Assembly (NCBI GenBank): GCA_964448855.1
Contig: CAYUXI010000013.1
Span: 674 to 64,673, forward strand
Length of the DNA: 64,000 bases
DNA from: an uncultured Oscillospiraceae bacterium
Lineage (GTDB): Bacteria > Bacillota > Clostridia > Oscillospirales > QAMX01
Direction: 5' to 3'
The position numbers and the translations under genes are program-made. How positions within the stretch are numbered: the first letter of the stretch is position 1; each line of letters begins with the position of its first letter. This document shows, one piece after another, positions 29,220-39,310 of this stretch. The notes under the pieces are model-generated. The model was given only the letters and a program-made list of their open reading frames with translations. It was not told the DNA's origin and did no database searches.

Positions 29220-30086
29220 ATGGCTGAAGCAAAGCAGCTGACCCGGCCGGACTGGCAGGCACCGCGCATCGACCTGTCCGGGCGGCGGCTGGTCTGGCAC
29301 GATGAATTTGACGGCGACACGCTGGACAGTTCCAAATGGAAGTGCATCGCCTGGCCGGAAACGGCGAAATGCGACGTCACCTGCAACGTCTACGCGGCGG
29401 ATATGGTTTCCGTACACGACGGCTGCGTCTGGCTTCGCTGTGAATTCCGAAAGGACGGCCCCTATGGGCCGGGCTTCTACTCCGGCTGGATCAGCACAGA
29501 GGACAGTCTCTGCACAACCTATGGCTACTACGAAATCCGCTGTCGGGTGCCGAAGGCCGAGGGAATGCACGCGGCCTTCTGGACGTATGCCAACGAGAAG
29601 CCCTATGCCGGCTGCGGCCGGGACGGGACGGAAATTGACATTTTCGAAACCGCCCGCTATCGCGTGGACGGCACGGATGCGGAGGCCAACAGCGCCTACG
29701 CCATCACCATTCACACCGGCGACGAGGCCGGGAAGCTGATGTCGTATGGCTGTCCGGACGTTGTCACGCTGGAGCCGGCGGGGCATCACCTATACGACGG
29801 CTTCCACACGTTCGGGCTGGAATGGACGCCGACGGCCTATCATTTCTATTATGACGGGCTGGAGGTTCAGTGCATTGATTTTTCCAGCGGTCCGGTTGGG
29901 CGCTTTGTCGGCACCTGCTCGCGTCCGGAGTTCATCTACCTCTCCACGCACGTCGGCAGCCGCATCGCCTCGGACGGGCATATCATCGCGGATTGGAACG
30001 GCAATGCGTTTCGGAATCCGGCCGGAACCTTCCCGGCGGATTTCGTCATCGACTATCTGCGCTATTATGCGCCGAAGGATGCGTAA
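29220..30086 (+). CDS. Glycoside hydrolase family 16, no signal peptide
   Basis: LVWHDEFDG, YGYYEIR, AFW, catalytic EIDIFE, FHTFGLEW, IDYLRYY. Confidence 0.88.
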   Translation: MAEAKQLTRPDWQAPRIDLSGRRLVWHDEFDGDTLDSSKWKCIAWPETAKCDVTCNVYAADMVSVHDGCVWLRCEFRKDGPYGPGFYSGWISTEDSLCTTYGYYEIRCRVPKAEGMHAAFWTYANEKPYAGCGRDGTEIDIFETARYRVDGTDAEANSAYAITIHTGDEAGKLMSYGCPDVVTLEPAGHHLYDGFHTFGLEWTPTAYHFYYDGLEVQCIDFSSGPVGRFVGTCSRPEFIYLSTHVGSRIASDGHIIADWNGNAFRNPAGTFPADFVIDYLRYYAPKDA

Positions 30087-30131
30087 TGCTTTCTCCTCCG
30101 CTCAAAAAATCTGGTTCAGGACGGTTCATGC

Positions 30132-31133
30132 ATGAGCAAAATCAAGTATCTCTTTCAGCGGGTCTGTCGGATTGACTACGGGCGGTTGTTCCGCACCATC
30201 CGGCAGACGGCAGACGTTTCAGGGCGAAGCCGCATCGGGATCGCCTTTGATATGCTGCGCTGCGCCATTCGCTATACGGCTGCGCCGGCCGATTACGCGT
30301 TGTTTGAGTTCTGGGCGCTGACGCCTGCACAGCGGAAGACGTATGTCACCCGCGGCGTCAACGACCGGCTCGTCAAAAAATACAACGATCGGTCGCTCTG
30401 GCACATTTTTGACAACAAGGCGGAATTCAACACCCGCTATGCGGCCTACGTCGGGCGCGACTGGATGCAGCTTGCACCCGACGGGTTTGAAGCGTTTGAC
30501 GCGTTCTGTTCCCGCCATTCCTGCATCTTTTACAAGCCGCTCAGCCTCTCCTGTGGGTGGGGCATTGAGAAAATCGACGTGGCCTCCGTTCCGGATCGCC
30601 ACGCGCTCTTTGATCGGCTGGTGCAGAAGGAAGGCGGCGGTCTGATCGAGGAGCAGATTGTGCAGCACCCGGAGATGAACCGGATGTTCCCCGGCTCCGT
30701 CAACACGATTCGCCTCGTCACCATCAACGATGGCCACGACGTCACCGTTGTCTTTTCGTTCCTGCGCGTGGGCAACGGCAAATTTGTGGACAACCTGAAC
30801 AGCGGCGGGATGGCAGCACCCATCGACCCGGCCACCGGCATTGTGACGCACCCCGCAGCTGACAAGGACTACAAGGCCTACGACTGTCATCCGGCCACCG
30901 GAACGCCGTTTGTCGGCTTCCAGATTCCCCGGTTTGCCGAGGCCGTTGCGCTCGTCAAGGAGGCGGCCACGCTGGAGCCGCGCATGGGCTACATCGGGTG
31001 GGACATTGCCGTCACGCCGGACGGGCTCTGTCTGGTGGAGGCCAACAGCTTCCCAGGTCATGACATCCTCCAGCTGCCGCCGCACGTTCCGGACAAGATT
31101 GGTCTTATGAGCCGGATTGAGCGGTTTCTCTAA
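30132..31133 (+). CDS. Sugar-transfer-associated ATP-grasp protein
   Basis: FDNKAEF, KPLSLSCGWG, SVNTIR, VDNLNSGG, GWDIAVT, VEAN. Confidence 0.8.
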   Translation: MSKIKYLFQRVCRIDYGRLFRTIRQTADVSGRSRIGIAFDMLRCAIRYTAAPADYALFEFWALTPAQRKTYVTRGVNDRLVKKYNDRSLWHIFDNKAEFNTRYAAYVGRDWMQLAPDGFEAFDAFCSRHSCIFYKPLSLSCGWGIEKIDVASVPDRHALFDRLVQKEGGGLIEEQIVQHPEMNRMFPGSVNTIRLVTINDGHDVTVVFSFLRVGNGKFVDNLNSGGMAAPIDPATGIVTHPAADKDYKAYDCHPATGTPFVGFQIPRFAEAVALVKEAATLEPRMGYIGWDIAVTPDGLCLVEANSFPGHDILQLPPHVPDKIGLMSRIERFL

Positions 31134-31143
31134 CAATTTCCAT

Positions 31144-31193
31144 AAAAAAGGATCCGGTCTGACGGTTCGTACCGCCAGACCGGAATTTTTTTG
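31144..31193. terminator. Bidirectional terminator between the ATP-grasp gene and gatD
   Basis: A-tract, TCCGGTCTG...CAGACCGGA stem, T-tract. Confidence 0.75.
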
Positions 31194-31206
31194 ATGCAAT
31201 GGATTT

Positions 31207-31944
31207 TCAGCTGTTTGCGCGTTTCAGAAGCTCCGACACCGTGATTTCATAGGCGCGGTCGCTGTGCTCCGTTTCGCCGGAGATGGAGACGGCCTGGCCG
31301 GTTTTCCGCTCGATGAGCCATGCGGCCAGCCAGCGCTTCAGCCACGGGTTGCGCGCCAGCACCGGGCCGATGGCGTAGGTCGCCAGGACGTTGCCGGTTC
31401 GGATGCCTTCGTCCGGCGCTTCCGCGCCGTTGTCCGTCAGGATGCCGCCGGGGCCGAACCGCGCATGGAAGAGCGGCGCTGCGACGTGCTGCAGATATCC
31501 GCTCTTATTGATGAAGCCGGCCAGCAGCTGCTCCGACATCGGCGATTCATAGAGGACGTCGCCGAGCTGACGGCCGTCTGTCCGGACTGCGTCGCAGTCG
31601 GTCAGACCCAGGCACGGCAGCGCTTCGCCCGACGGCAGCTGCAGCGTCCGCGCCGTCAGGTCCGCGGCAGAGCCGGTGAAGAGCATGGGCACCCCGTCTG
31701 CGGCGGCGCTTTGGAGCTCGGATGCATACGGCAGCAGTGCGCGCCGCGCCAGCTCCAGCTTGCGCTCCGTGCCGGCGCCGGCATACACAAAATCCACATG
31801 GTTCAGGTGGAGGGGCTCCCCCAGCGCGACAGCTTCCACATCGACCGCATGGCCTGCGGCCTGCAGCGTCCGCTGCAGCACGAGCAGGTTGGCGGCTTCG
31901 CCGTACAGGTTCAGGAGTTCCGGATACAGGTGGACAATCTTCAT
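31207..31944 (-). CDS. gatD: GatD/CobQ-like glutamine amidotransferase
   Basis: HLYPELLNLYGE, GFINKSG, GPVLARNP; coupled to the MurT-like gene. Confidence 0.75.
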   Translation of the reverse strand: MKIVHLYPELLNLYGEAANLLVLQRTLQAAGHAVDVEAVALGEPLHLNHVDFVYAGAGTERKLELARRALLPYASELQSAAADGVPMLFTGSAADLTARTLQLPSGEALPCLGLTDCDAVRTDGRQLGDVLYESPMSEQLLAGFINKSGYLQHVAAPLFHARFGPGGILTDNGAEAPDEGIRTGNVLATYAIGPVLARNPWLKRWLAAWLIERKTGQAVSISGETEHSDRAYEITVSELLKRANS

Positions 31945-33278
31945 CAGAGGTTCTCCTTTCTTTCGACGGCGTCCGACGGCAGGCGCGACAGGAATTTGTC
32001 GCGGTCGGAGAAGCAGGTGATGACGTACAGATCCTGCTGCTCTGCGAACACGGCGGACAGCTCGTCCAGCGTCGGCAGCAGATGGATTTTTTCGGGCGGG
32101 ATGTCGGTATAGTCGAGTCGGGTGGCCAGGTCATACCGATAGGTTCCGGCGAGGTAGATGTTCCGGATGGACGGATGGTTCAGTCGTTCAAAGGTGATAT
32201 CCCAGAGCCAGGACGTCTCGCCGGTGAAATATTTGCGGCTGATGGCGTCAACGATCAGCAGCACATCGCCGCCACTCCGGACGGCCAGGTCAATCGACTG
32301 GTCGTAGGAGGTGGAATTTTCATGCTTGGAGGTCAGCAGTGCAATTTTCCGGCCATTCTGCATCCAGCTGCGGGTGCGGCCGTTTTTGAAGATGTAATCG
32401 CTGATCGTCTCAGCAATCAGCGCCGGCTGGACGCCCAGCTCAGCCGCAACGGCATACGCCGCCAGCATATTGTACAGCTGGTACAGCACGCGCAGATTCG
32501 TATGCAGTGCGGTTTCGCCGTTGACCGTCAGGGTGCCACTGTCGAGATCGGCCGATGTAATGGCATAGTCACAGTCCTGCCGGTGATAGCCGCAGGCATC
32601 GCAGCGGTAGAGGCCGAAGCCCGGCCGGTGGCTGTCGGTAAAGGTCAGCGGTGCGCCGCATTTGGGGCAATAGACCGCATCCTGATACCGGGCGGGCTGC
32701 TCCGGCAGACCGGCGGACGCATCGATGCCGAACCATTTGACATCGGCGACCTCCTCGGCCAGCAGGGATACCAGCGGGTCATCGGCGTTCAGAATCAGCT
32801 TCATGTTCGGGTGGACGGCTTCGCGGATGCGCTGCCAGATGAATTCCGGGTGGCCGTTTCGCGTCATCTGGTCGCGGTAGAGGTTCAGCACAGCAAAATG
32901 CGTGGGCTGCATATAGCGGAAGGTGTGCCGCGCATACTGTTCATCCGACTCCATGACGATCACGTCGCTTTTCACGCGGCCTGTCCAGGTGGCGTTCCGG
33001 ATGAGCATCGTCGCGATGCCCTCGATCTGGTTGGAGCCTTCGCGGTTCCAGCAGACGTGCATCCCGGCGCGTTCCAGAATGCGGACGATCATTTCAACGG
33101 TTGAGGTTTTGCCGTTGGAGCCGGTCACTGCGACGACATACGGTGGGAGCTGAATGCGGGCAATGATGTCGGGGCAGATTTTCAGCGCGAGCTGACCGGG
33201 CTTGGACGAGCCCTTTTTCACGATGCGTCCGGCCAGCACCGCCAGCTTACAGACCATGATGGCAAGGAATTTTCTCAT
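31944..33278 (-). CDS. murT: MurT-like Mur ligase (lipid II amidation)
   Basis: VTGSNGKTST, NREGSN, ESDE, NLYRDQMTRNG, CPKC...CDAC zinc motif, SWLWD. Confidence 0.85.
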   Translation of the reverse strand: MRKFLAIMVCKLAVLAGRIVKKGSSKPGQLALKICPDIIARIQLPPYVVAVTGSNGKTSTVEMIVRILERAGMHVCWNREGSNQIEGIATMLIRNATWTGRVKSDVIVMESDEQYARHTFRYMQPTHFAVLNLYRDQMTRNGHPEFIWQRIREAVHPNMKLILNADDPLVSLLAEEVADVKWFGIDASAGLPEQPARYQDAVYCPKCGAPLTFTDSHRPGFGLYRCDACGYHRQDCDYAITSADLDSGTLTVNGETALHTNLRVLYQLYNMLAAYAVAAELGVQPALIAETISDYIFKNGRTRSWMQNGRKIALLTSKHENSTSYDQSIDLAVRSGGDVLLIVDAISRKYFTGETSWLWDITFERLNHPSIRNIYLAGTYRYDLATRLDYTDIPPEKIHLLPTLDELSAVFAEQQDLYVITCFSDRDKFLSRLPSDAVERKENL

Positions 33279-34183
33279 ACGCTCTCCTCCGTATCGAGTT
33301 CCGGAATCGGAACCTGTTTCGCTTCGTCAATATCTGCCGCAATCTGCCGCACCAGAGCGTCCGCATTCGCAAAGCGCTGCTCCGGGCGCAGGAATGCATA
33401 CAGGGCAAGGACAGCCGCCTCGCCGTAGGTCGGTTCTCCGGAATAGGAAAACAGGTGCGTTTCGCAGTCATAGATGCCGTCCTGATAGAACGTCGGCCGT
33501 GTGCCGAAATTGGTGATGGAGCGGTATGTCCGGCCGCGCAGGTGGACAGACGATGCATACACACCGGCACGTGGGCGGAGCAGCTCCTCCGGCAGTGTGA
33601 GGTTCATGGTGGCAAAGCCCAGCTGCTGTCCGCGGCCATCGCCCGGAACCGTCTGTCCGGTCAGCAGGTACGGGTGCCCCAGCAGTCGATTGGCTTCCGC
33701 CAGCCGCCCCGCTTCCATGCAGCCGCGGATGCGCGTGGAGCTGATGACGCCGCCGGCTTCGCAGACGGCCTCCACCGTATCGACCGGGAGCAGCTGGCGC
33801 AAGCGCTCCGGGTTGCCGATGCCGCCGCAGCCGAAGCGGAAGCTGCTGCCGCAGACGGCATGGGTCACTTTCAGGCGGCCCATCAGCGTTTCCGCGGCGA
33901 ACGCATCCCACGGCGTCGCCTGCATGGACGCGTCAAAGGGCAATTCGATCAGCTCAACGCCGGGAAAGAGCCGGTTCAGCAGCAGCGCCTTGGACTGTCG
34001 ATCGGACAGCAATCGCACTTCCTCCTGCCGGACGGCGTTTTTGGGGCGGCGGTCAAATGTGATGACGCACGGCGTTTGGCCGGTTTTCATCGCAAGCTCT
34101 GCCGCGCGGCGGATCACCGCCTGGTGGCCGCGGTGCAGCCCGTCAAAAAAGCCGAGCGCCGCGACACGTCCCTGTTCTGGCAT
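33275..34183 (-). CDS. ribF: Bifunctional riboflavin kinase/FAD synthetase
   Basis: LGFFDGLHRGHQ, FRFG, ISSTRIR, GFATMN, TNFGTRPTF, ETHLF. Confidence 0.95.
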   Translation of the reverse strand: MPEQGRVAALGFFDGLHRGHQAVIRRAAELAMKTGQTPCVITFDRRPKNAVRQEEVRLLSDRQSKALLLNRLFPGVELIELPFDASMQATPWDAFAAETLMGRLKVTHAVCGSSFRFGCGGIGNPERLRQLLPVDTVEAVCEAGGVISSTRIRGCMEAGRLAEANRLLGHPYLLTGQTVPGDGRGQQLGFATMNLTLPEELLRPRAGVYASSVHLRGRTYRSITNFGTRPTFYQDGIYDCETHLFSYSGEPTYGEAAVLALYAFLRPEQRFANADALVRQIAADIDEAKQVPIPELDTEESV

Positions 34184-34200
34184 GATATTCCTCCCCGCCG

Positions 34201-35130
34201 TCAGTCGTTTGATTCGTTTTGTCCGAAAAATCGTTTTTCAATGAGAACCTGGCCGTTTTCCACCGAGCCGACGGCCAGAAATTCCCCGGATTCGCCATAA
34301 AAGCGCCGAGCTGCCGTCTGCGGCTTTCCATCGTCTGCCACGCATTCCGCCGGAATGTCGAGGCCGGTTTTCAGGTAGCGCTCCCCCAATGCGTTCAGGA
34401 CGGCGCGAGGGCGGTCAGCGAACACGTCATCGATCGGCCGCACAAAGCGGTAATCCCCGGCAGCCACGTGCGCTTCCAGCTGTTCGAGTGTCAGCGCATC
34501 ATGGACAGAGAAGCGGCCAACCGCCGTCCGGCGCAGCGAGGCCATGGTGCCGTACACGTTCAGCGCCCGGCCGATATCACGGCAGAGCGAGCGGATATAC
34601 GTCCCCTTGGAGCAGGCGACGCGGAGGGTGAAGCGTTGGCTTTCTTCATCGGCGCGGAGAAGCTCCAGCGAATGAATGACGATCTGTCTCGGCGTCGGCT
34701 CCACTTCCTTCCCGGCGCGGGCGAGCTCATACATTTTCCGGCCGCCGATTTTGATAGCGGAGTAGATGGGCGGAATCTGCTCCAGCGGGCCGGTAAAATG
34801 CGGGAGTATAGCGGCCACCTCCGCCGCTGTGCAGTGCGACGGTGAAGCGGCGGTCACGGTACCCGTGACGTCCCCGGTGTCCGTTTCCTCGCCCAGCTGC
34901 AGCTCAGCGAGATATTCCTTGTCGCAGCCGGTCACATAGGCGCAGACCTTCGTTGCGCGGCCGAAGCAGATCAGGTTCAGGCCGGTCGCAATCGGGTCGA
35001 GTGTCCCCGTATGACCGGCGGATTTGACGCCGTAGATGCGTTTGAAGCGGGAGACGAGTGCCTGTGACGACAGCCCCTGCGGCTTATCGGCCAGGAACAT
35101 ACCGCTGACTGGTTTTTCCTGTTGTTCCAT
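34201..35130 (-). CDS. truB: tRNA pseudouridine(55) synthase
   Basis: DKPQG, GHTGTLDPIATG, QIPPIYSAIK, CSKGTYIRSL. Confidence 0.96.
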   Translation of the reverse strand: MEQQEKPVSGMFLADKPQGLSSQALVSRFKRIYGVKSAGHTGTLDPIATGLNLICFGRATKVCAYVTGCDKEYLAELQLGEETDTGDVTGTVTAASPSHCTAAEVAAILPHFTGPLEQIPPIYSAIKIGGRKMYELARAGKEVEPTPRQIVIHSLELLRADEESQRFTLRVACSKGTYIRSLCRDIGRALNVYGTMASLRRTAVGRFSVHDALTLEQLEAHVAAGDYRFVRPIDDVFADRPRAVLNALGERYLKTGLDIPAECVADDGKPQTAARRFYGESGEFLAVGSVENGQVLIEKRFFGQNESND

Positions 35131-35150
35131 AGACGAAAGACCCGTTCCTC

Positions 35151-36122
35151 TCATGCGTTGCAGTCTGGCAGACCGTCGGCAATTTTCCGGCAGACCGCCT
35201 CCACCGCGTCCTTTGGCGACACCGGCAGGCTGCATCCGGCGGCACCGACATGGCCGCCGCCGCCAAACGCGGCGCAGACAGCCGACGCATCCACCGCGCC
35301 GTTCGTCCGGACAGAGATTTTCGTCGTGCCGTCCGGCTGTTCATAGGCGGAGACACCGGCCAGGACGCCCTCGATTTTTCTGGGGAGGGAGGAGAGGTCA
35401 TCCAGATCGTCCTCCGTTGCGCCCGTTTCACGGCGCATCTGCTGTGTGACTGTGATGGCGGCAATGCGGTCATTGGCGAAAAACTGCATTTCCTCGTAGA
35501 TCATCCGCTCGATTTCGATGCGCGCACGGCGTTTTTTCTCAAAAAATTCGTGGTTCAGCGCAGCGAGCTCAATCCCTTCCCGGAGGCAGGCTGCCGCGAT
35601 TTCATGCGTTTGCGCCGTGGTATTGGCAAACAAAAAGCAGCCGGTATCCGTGGCCAGAGCGATGTACAGCAGGGTGGCCAGCTCCCGATCCATCGGGAGC
35701 TGCATGGCCTGAATCAGGCCGAAAATGAGTTCGCCCGTGGCGGCCGCAGTCGGATCGTCGATTTTGGCGACACGCGCCGTCATGGCATTGGCCATATGGT
35801 GGTCAATGATGTAATCGATGCGATCGGCGTATTCCCGTGCCGGGGCGCTCAGCTGGGATTCGGACGCGACATCGACCGTCACGACGGCATAGGCCTGATC
35901 GTCCTCCGGCAAACCGGCATACGGCGTCAGATAGCTTTTCAGGCGATCCGTGATTTCCGGATTCCAGCAAATCATGGCACGTTTGCCGAGGCGGCGCAGC
36001 GCCAGGCAGAGCGCCGCAGCGGAGCAGACCGTATCGCCGTCCGGTCTGCGGTGTGTCAGAATCAGAAATTGATCATCGGCTTTCATCTGCTGTGCCATGC
36101 TGCACAGGTTCGCCTTATCCAT
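35151..36122 (-). CDS. nrnA: DHH family phosphoesterase (NrnA-like)
   Basis: HRRPDGD, IDHH, ATDTGCF, GGGGHVGAAG. Confidence 0.9.
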   Translation of the reverse strand: MDKANLCSMAQQMKADDQFLILTHRRPDGDTVCSAAALCLALRRLGKRAMICWNPEITDRLKSYLTPYAGLPEDDQAYAVVTVDVASESQLSAPAREYADRIDYIIDHHMANAMTARVAKIDDPTAAATGELIFGLIQAMQLPMDRELATLLYIALATDTGCFLFANTTAQTHEIAAACLREGIELAALNHEFFEKKRRARIEIERMIYEEMQFFANDRIAAITVTQQMRRETGATEDDLDDLSSLPRKIEGVLAGVSAYEQPDGTTKISVRTNGAVDASAVCAAFGGGGHVGAAGCSLPVSPKDAVEAVCRKIADGLPDCNA

Positions 36123-36156
36123 ATCGTTTTGTGTCCCCTTTTGATGTTTTTGCAGG

Positions 36157-36522
36157 TTATTCTTCCGCGTGCTGCGTCTCCGATGCGGTCAGCTCCTGCA
36201 TCAGCTCCAGCGTATGCTGGCCGCGCAGCATCCCCTTATCGGCGACGAACGTCAGCTCCGGCGTATTGCGGAGCTGCATGGCCGATGCAAGCGCCCGGCG
36301 GATATACCCGGCGGAGGAACGGAAGCCCTTCAGCGTTTCGTTCAGATGCGATTCATCGCCGAGTGCGCTGATATAGACGCGGGCATATTTGGAATCATTG
36401 GAGACCTCCACCCGCGTCACGCTGACAATCCCGCTGATGCGCGGATCCTTCAGGGTCGGAATGATTTCGCTGATTTTTGTTTTGATTTCATCGCCCACGC
36501 GGACGGATCGGTAATTGGCCAT
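36157..36522 (-). CDS. rbfA: Ribosome-binding factor A
   Basis: KDPRI, SVTRVEVSND, AGYIR, LRNTPELTF. Confidence 0.95.
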   Translation of the reverse strand: MANYRSVRVGDEIKTKISEIIPTLKDPRISGIVSVTRVEVSNDSKYARVYISALGDESHLNETLKGFRSSAGYIRRALASAMQLRNTPELTFVADKGMLRGQHTLELMQELTASETQHAEE

Positions 36523-36619
36523 TTTCAGACTCCTCTCTCTAAAAACACGGAAATCCCGGCAAAAGCCGGGATTTCTGCAAGCGGAGCGTCCGGCTGCGCG
36601 TTGTATGCGCAATCCGCGC

Positions 36620-38956
36620 TTAAATCTGAACCATCAGGAAGTTTTCGATGATGTCGCCCTCTTTGATGTCGCCAAAGCGTTCCAGGCTGATTCCGCATTC
36701 AAAGCCGGTCGCCACTTCGCGGGCGTCGTCCTTAAAGCGCTTCAGGCTGGAGATTTCGCCCTCGTGGATGACCACGCCGTCGCGGACGAGGCGAACCTTG
36801 GCCGAGCGCTGCACCTTGCCGTCCTTGACCATGCAGCCGGCAATCGTTCCGGCGCCGGTGACCTTGAAGACCTGGCGAACCTCTGCCGTACCCAGAATTT
36901 CCTCGCGGAATTTCGGGGCGAGCATCCCCTTGATGGCCGCTTTGACCTCGTCAATGCATTCGTAAATGACGCGGTACATCCGCATATCGATGCCCTTCTG
37001 TTCCGCCGACATCCGGGTATTGATATCCGGGCGGACGTTGAAGCCGATGACGATTGCGCTGGAGGCGTAGGCCAGCATGATATCGTTTTCGTTGATCGCG
37101 CCGACACCGGTATGAATGATGCGGACGCGGACTTCCTCGTTGGACAGCTCCTCCAGAGAGGCTTTCAGCGCTTCAGCGGAGCCCTGAACATCGGCTTTGA
37201 GGATGATGTTCAGATCCTTGACGCTGCCGTCCTGGATGTTGGCAAACAGATCCTGCAGCGACATTTTCTGTGCAGCCGATGCGCTGGCATCGCGTTCCTT
37301 CTGTTTGCGCTCCTCGACCAGCTCACGCGCCATGCGTTCATCGCCGGCCACGCGGAAATGGTCACCCGCGCCGGGTGCCTCATCGAGACCGATGATTTCG
37401 ACCGGCATGGACGGACCGGCGGCATTGATTTTCTGGCCCTTGTCATTGGTCATGGCGCGGACACGGCCAACAGACGTCCCGGCAATGACCAGGTCGCCGA
37501 CGTGGAGTGTCCCGTTCTGAACCAGCAGGGTGGCCACAGCGCCGCGGTTCTTATCCAGGCGCGCCTCAATGACGGCACCGGATGCCTCGCGGTTCGGGTT
37601 GGCCTTCAGCTCCTGCATATCGGAAACCAGCAGCACCATTTCCAGCAGCTCCGGCAGGCCGGTTCCGTTGGTGGCGGAGACTTTGCAGATGACCGTATCG
37701 CCACCCCATTCCTCCGGGAGCAGGTCATGCTCCGTCAGCTGGCGCAGGACGCGATCCGGGTCGGCGCTCGGTTTATCCATTTTGTTGACCGCGACAATGA
37801 TCGGCACATTGGCCGCTTTGGCGTGGTTAATCGCTTCGATGGTCTGCGGCATCACGCCGTCATCCGCTGCGACGACGAGAATGGCGACGTCTGTGACGGA
37901 TGCGCCGCGGGCGCGCATGGAGGTAAAGGCGGCGTGTCCCGGTGTGTCCAGGAAGGTGATCACGCGGCCATTGGCTTTGATCTGATAGGCGCCGATGTGC
38001 TGTGTAATGCCGCCCGCTTCGCCCGAAACGACGTGCGTTTTGCGGATGGCGTCCAGCAGTGACGTTTTGCCGTGGTCAACGTGACCCATGACGACAACGA
38101 CCGGGTCGCGCGGCACCAGCTCGGATGCATCATCGACGTGATCGACGTCTGCAAAGAGGCGTTCCTCGATGGTGCGGTGGATTTCATGCTCGATCTTTGC
38201 GCCGAACTCCATCGCAACCAGGCTGGCGGTATCGAAGTCAATGACGTCCGAAACGGCGGCCATGACGCCCAGCTTCACCAGCTGCTTCACAACCTCTGCA
38301 CCCGTCTTCTTCAGGCGGGAGGCCAGCTCACCGACGGAAATTTCATCGGGGATGGAGACCTTGATCGGCTGCTTTTTGCGAACCTCCTGCTGCAGGCGGC
38401 GCATTTTTTCCTGTTCCTCCAGCCGGCGCTTCTGGCTGAAGTTGGACGGCTTTTTATCCGCCGCCTTCTTGATTTTCTGCTTGCCGGAGCCGGCATTTGC
38501 GGCTTTTTCCGGCACCATATCATCGACGTGTTCATCGTATTTGGACATATCGACGTTGGAGTTCCGCGTATCGACGTAGCGGCGTTCCGGCTTTTTCGGC
38601 TTCGCCGGTTCCTTCGGCGCTTCGGCCGTCTTCGGCTGTTCACCGGTCGGCTGTGCAGCTTCTGCCGGTTTCGCGGATTCCTTCTCGGCCTCTGCCTGAG
38701 CCGGTACGGATGTTTCGACTGCCGCCGGCGCATCCTGTTCAGCAATCCGCGTTTTGCTCAGTGCTTCTTCAATATCACTGACCTCGTTCATTTTCGTGAT
38801 CTCGTTAAAAATCAGATTCAGTTCACTGTCTTCGAGCACCTTTGCCGGACTTTTCGGGACTTCTCCATGATCCGACAGAATCTGCATGACCACCTTATTG
38901 CGAACGTCAAAATCCTTTGCGACATCGCTGATCCGTGTTTTATTTATGTTGCTCAA
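36620..38956 (-). CDS. infB: Translation initiation factor IF-2
   Basis: [46 protein letters not shown]. Confidence 0.98.
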   Translation of the reverse strand: MSNINKTRISDVAKDFDVRNKVVMQILSDHGEVPKSPAKVLEDSELNLIFNEITKMNEVSDIEEALSKTRIAEQDAPAAVETSVPAQAEAEKESAKPAEAAQPTGEQPKTAEAPKEPAKPKKPERRYVDTRNSNVDMSKYDEHVDDMVPEKAANAGSGKQKIKKAADKKPSNFSQKRRLEEQEKMRRLQQEVRKKQPIKVSIPDEISVGELASRLKKTGAEVVKQLVKLGVMAAVSDVIDFDTASLVAMEFGAKIEHEIHRTIEERLFADVDHVDDASELVPRDPVVVVMGHVDHGKTSLLDAIRKTHVVSGEAGGITQHIGAYQIKANGRVITFLDTPGHAAFTSMRARGASVTDVAILVVAADDGVMPQTIEAINHAKAANVPIIVAVNKMDKPSADPDRVLRQLTEHDLLPEEWGGDTVICKVSATNGTGLPELLEMVLLVSDMQELKANPNREASGAVIEARLDKNRGAVATLLVQNGTLHVGDLVIAGTSVGRVRAMTNDKGQKINAAGPSMPVEIIGLDEAPGAGDHFRVAGDERMARELVEERKQKERDASASAAQKMSLQDLFANIQDGSVKDLNIILKADVQGSAEALKASLEELSNEEVRVRIIHTGVGAINENDIMLAYASSAIVIGFNVRPDINTRMSAEQKGIDMRMYRVIYECIDEVKAAIKGMLAPKFREEILGTAEVRQVFKVTGAGTIAGCMVKDGKVQRSAKVRLVRDGVVIHEGEISSLKRFKDDAREVATGFECGISLERFGDIKEGDIIENFLMVQI

Positions 38957-39264
38957 ACAGGGTCACCTCCAAATTTCATCTGCTCCGAAAGCTGTGCATA
39001 AATTGCATCGCTGATGGTAACATTGGGCCGCGTCTCGCTGGACAGAGCACGTTCCAGCGCTCGGGTTTTCCGGGCTTTCGCCAGGCAGGCCTCATTGCGG
39101 CAAAGATATGCGCCTCTTCCGTTTTTCTTGCCCCGGAAGTCGAGACTGATGCCGTTTTCGTCGCCGTCCGGCGGAAGCACCACCCGGATCAGCTCGCGCT
39201 TTTCTTTCATCACGCGGCATCCGACACACATTCTCATCGGGATTTTCTTCTGCGGCATACCCAT
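38953..39264 (-). CDS. ylxR: YlxR (RnpM) family RNA-binding protein
   Basis: [23 protein letters not shown]. Confidence 0.92.
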   Translation of the reverse strand: MGMPQKKIPMRMCVGCRVMKEKRELIRVVLPPDGDENGISLDFRGKKNGRGAYLCRNEACLAKARKTRALERALSSETRPNVTISDAIYAQLSEQMKFGGDPV

Positions 39265-39310
39265 ATCCACCTCCGGTTCTATTCGATTCCGTTTTGAAAA
39301 CGGCTGCGGC

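Noticed and set aside
36550-36575. Perfect 11-bp hairpin between infB and rbfA
   Set aside because: An ordinary intra-operon stem-loop; nothing points to a new function.
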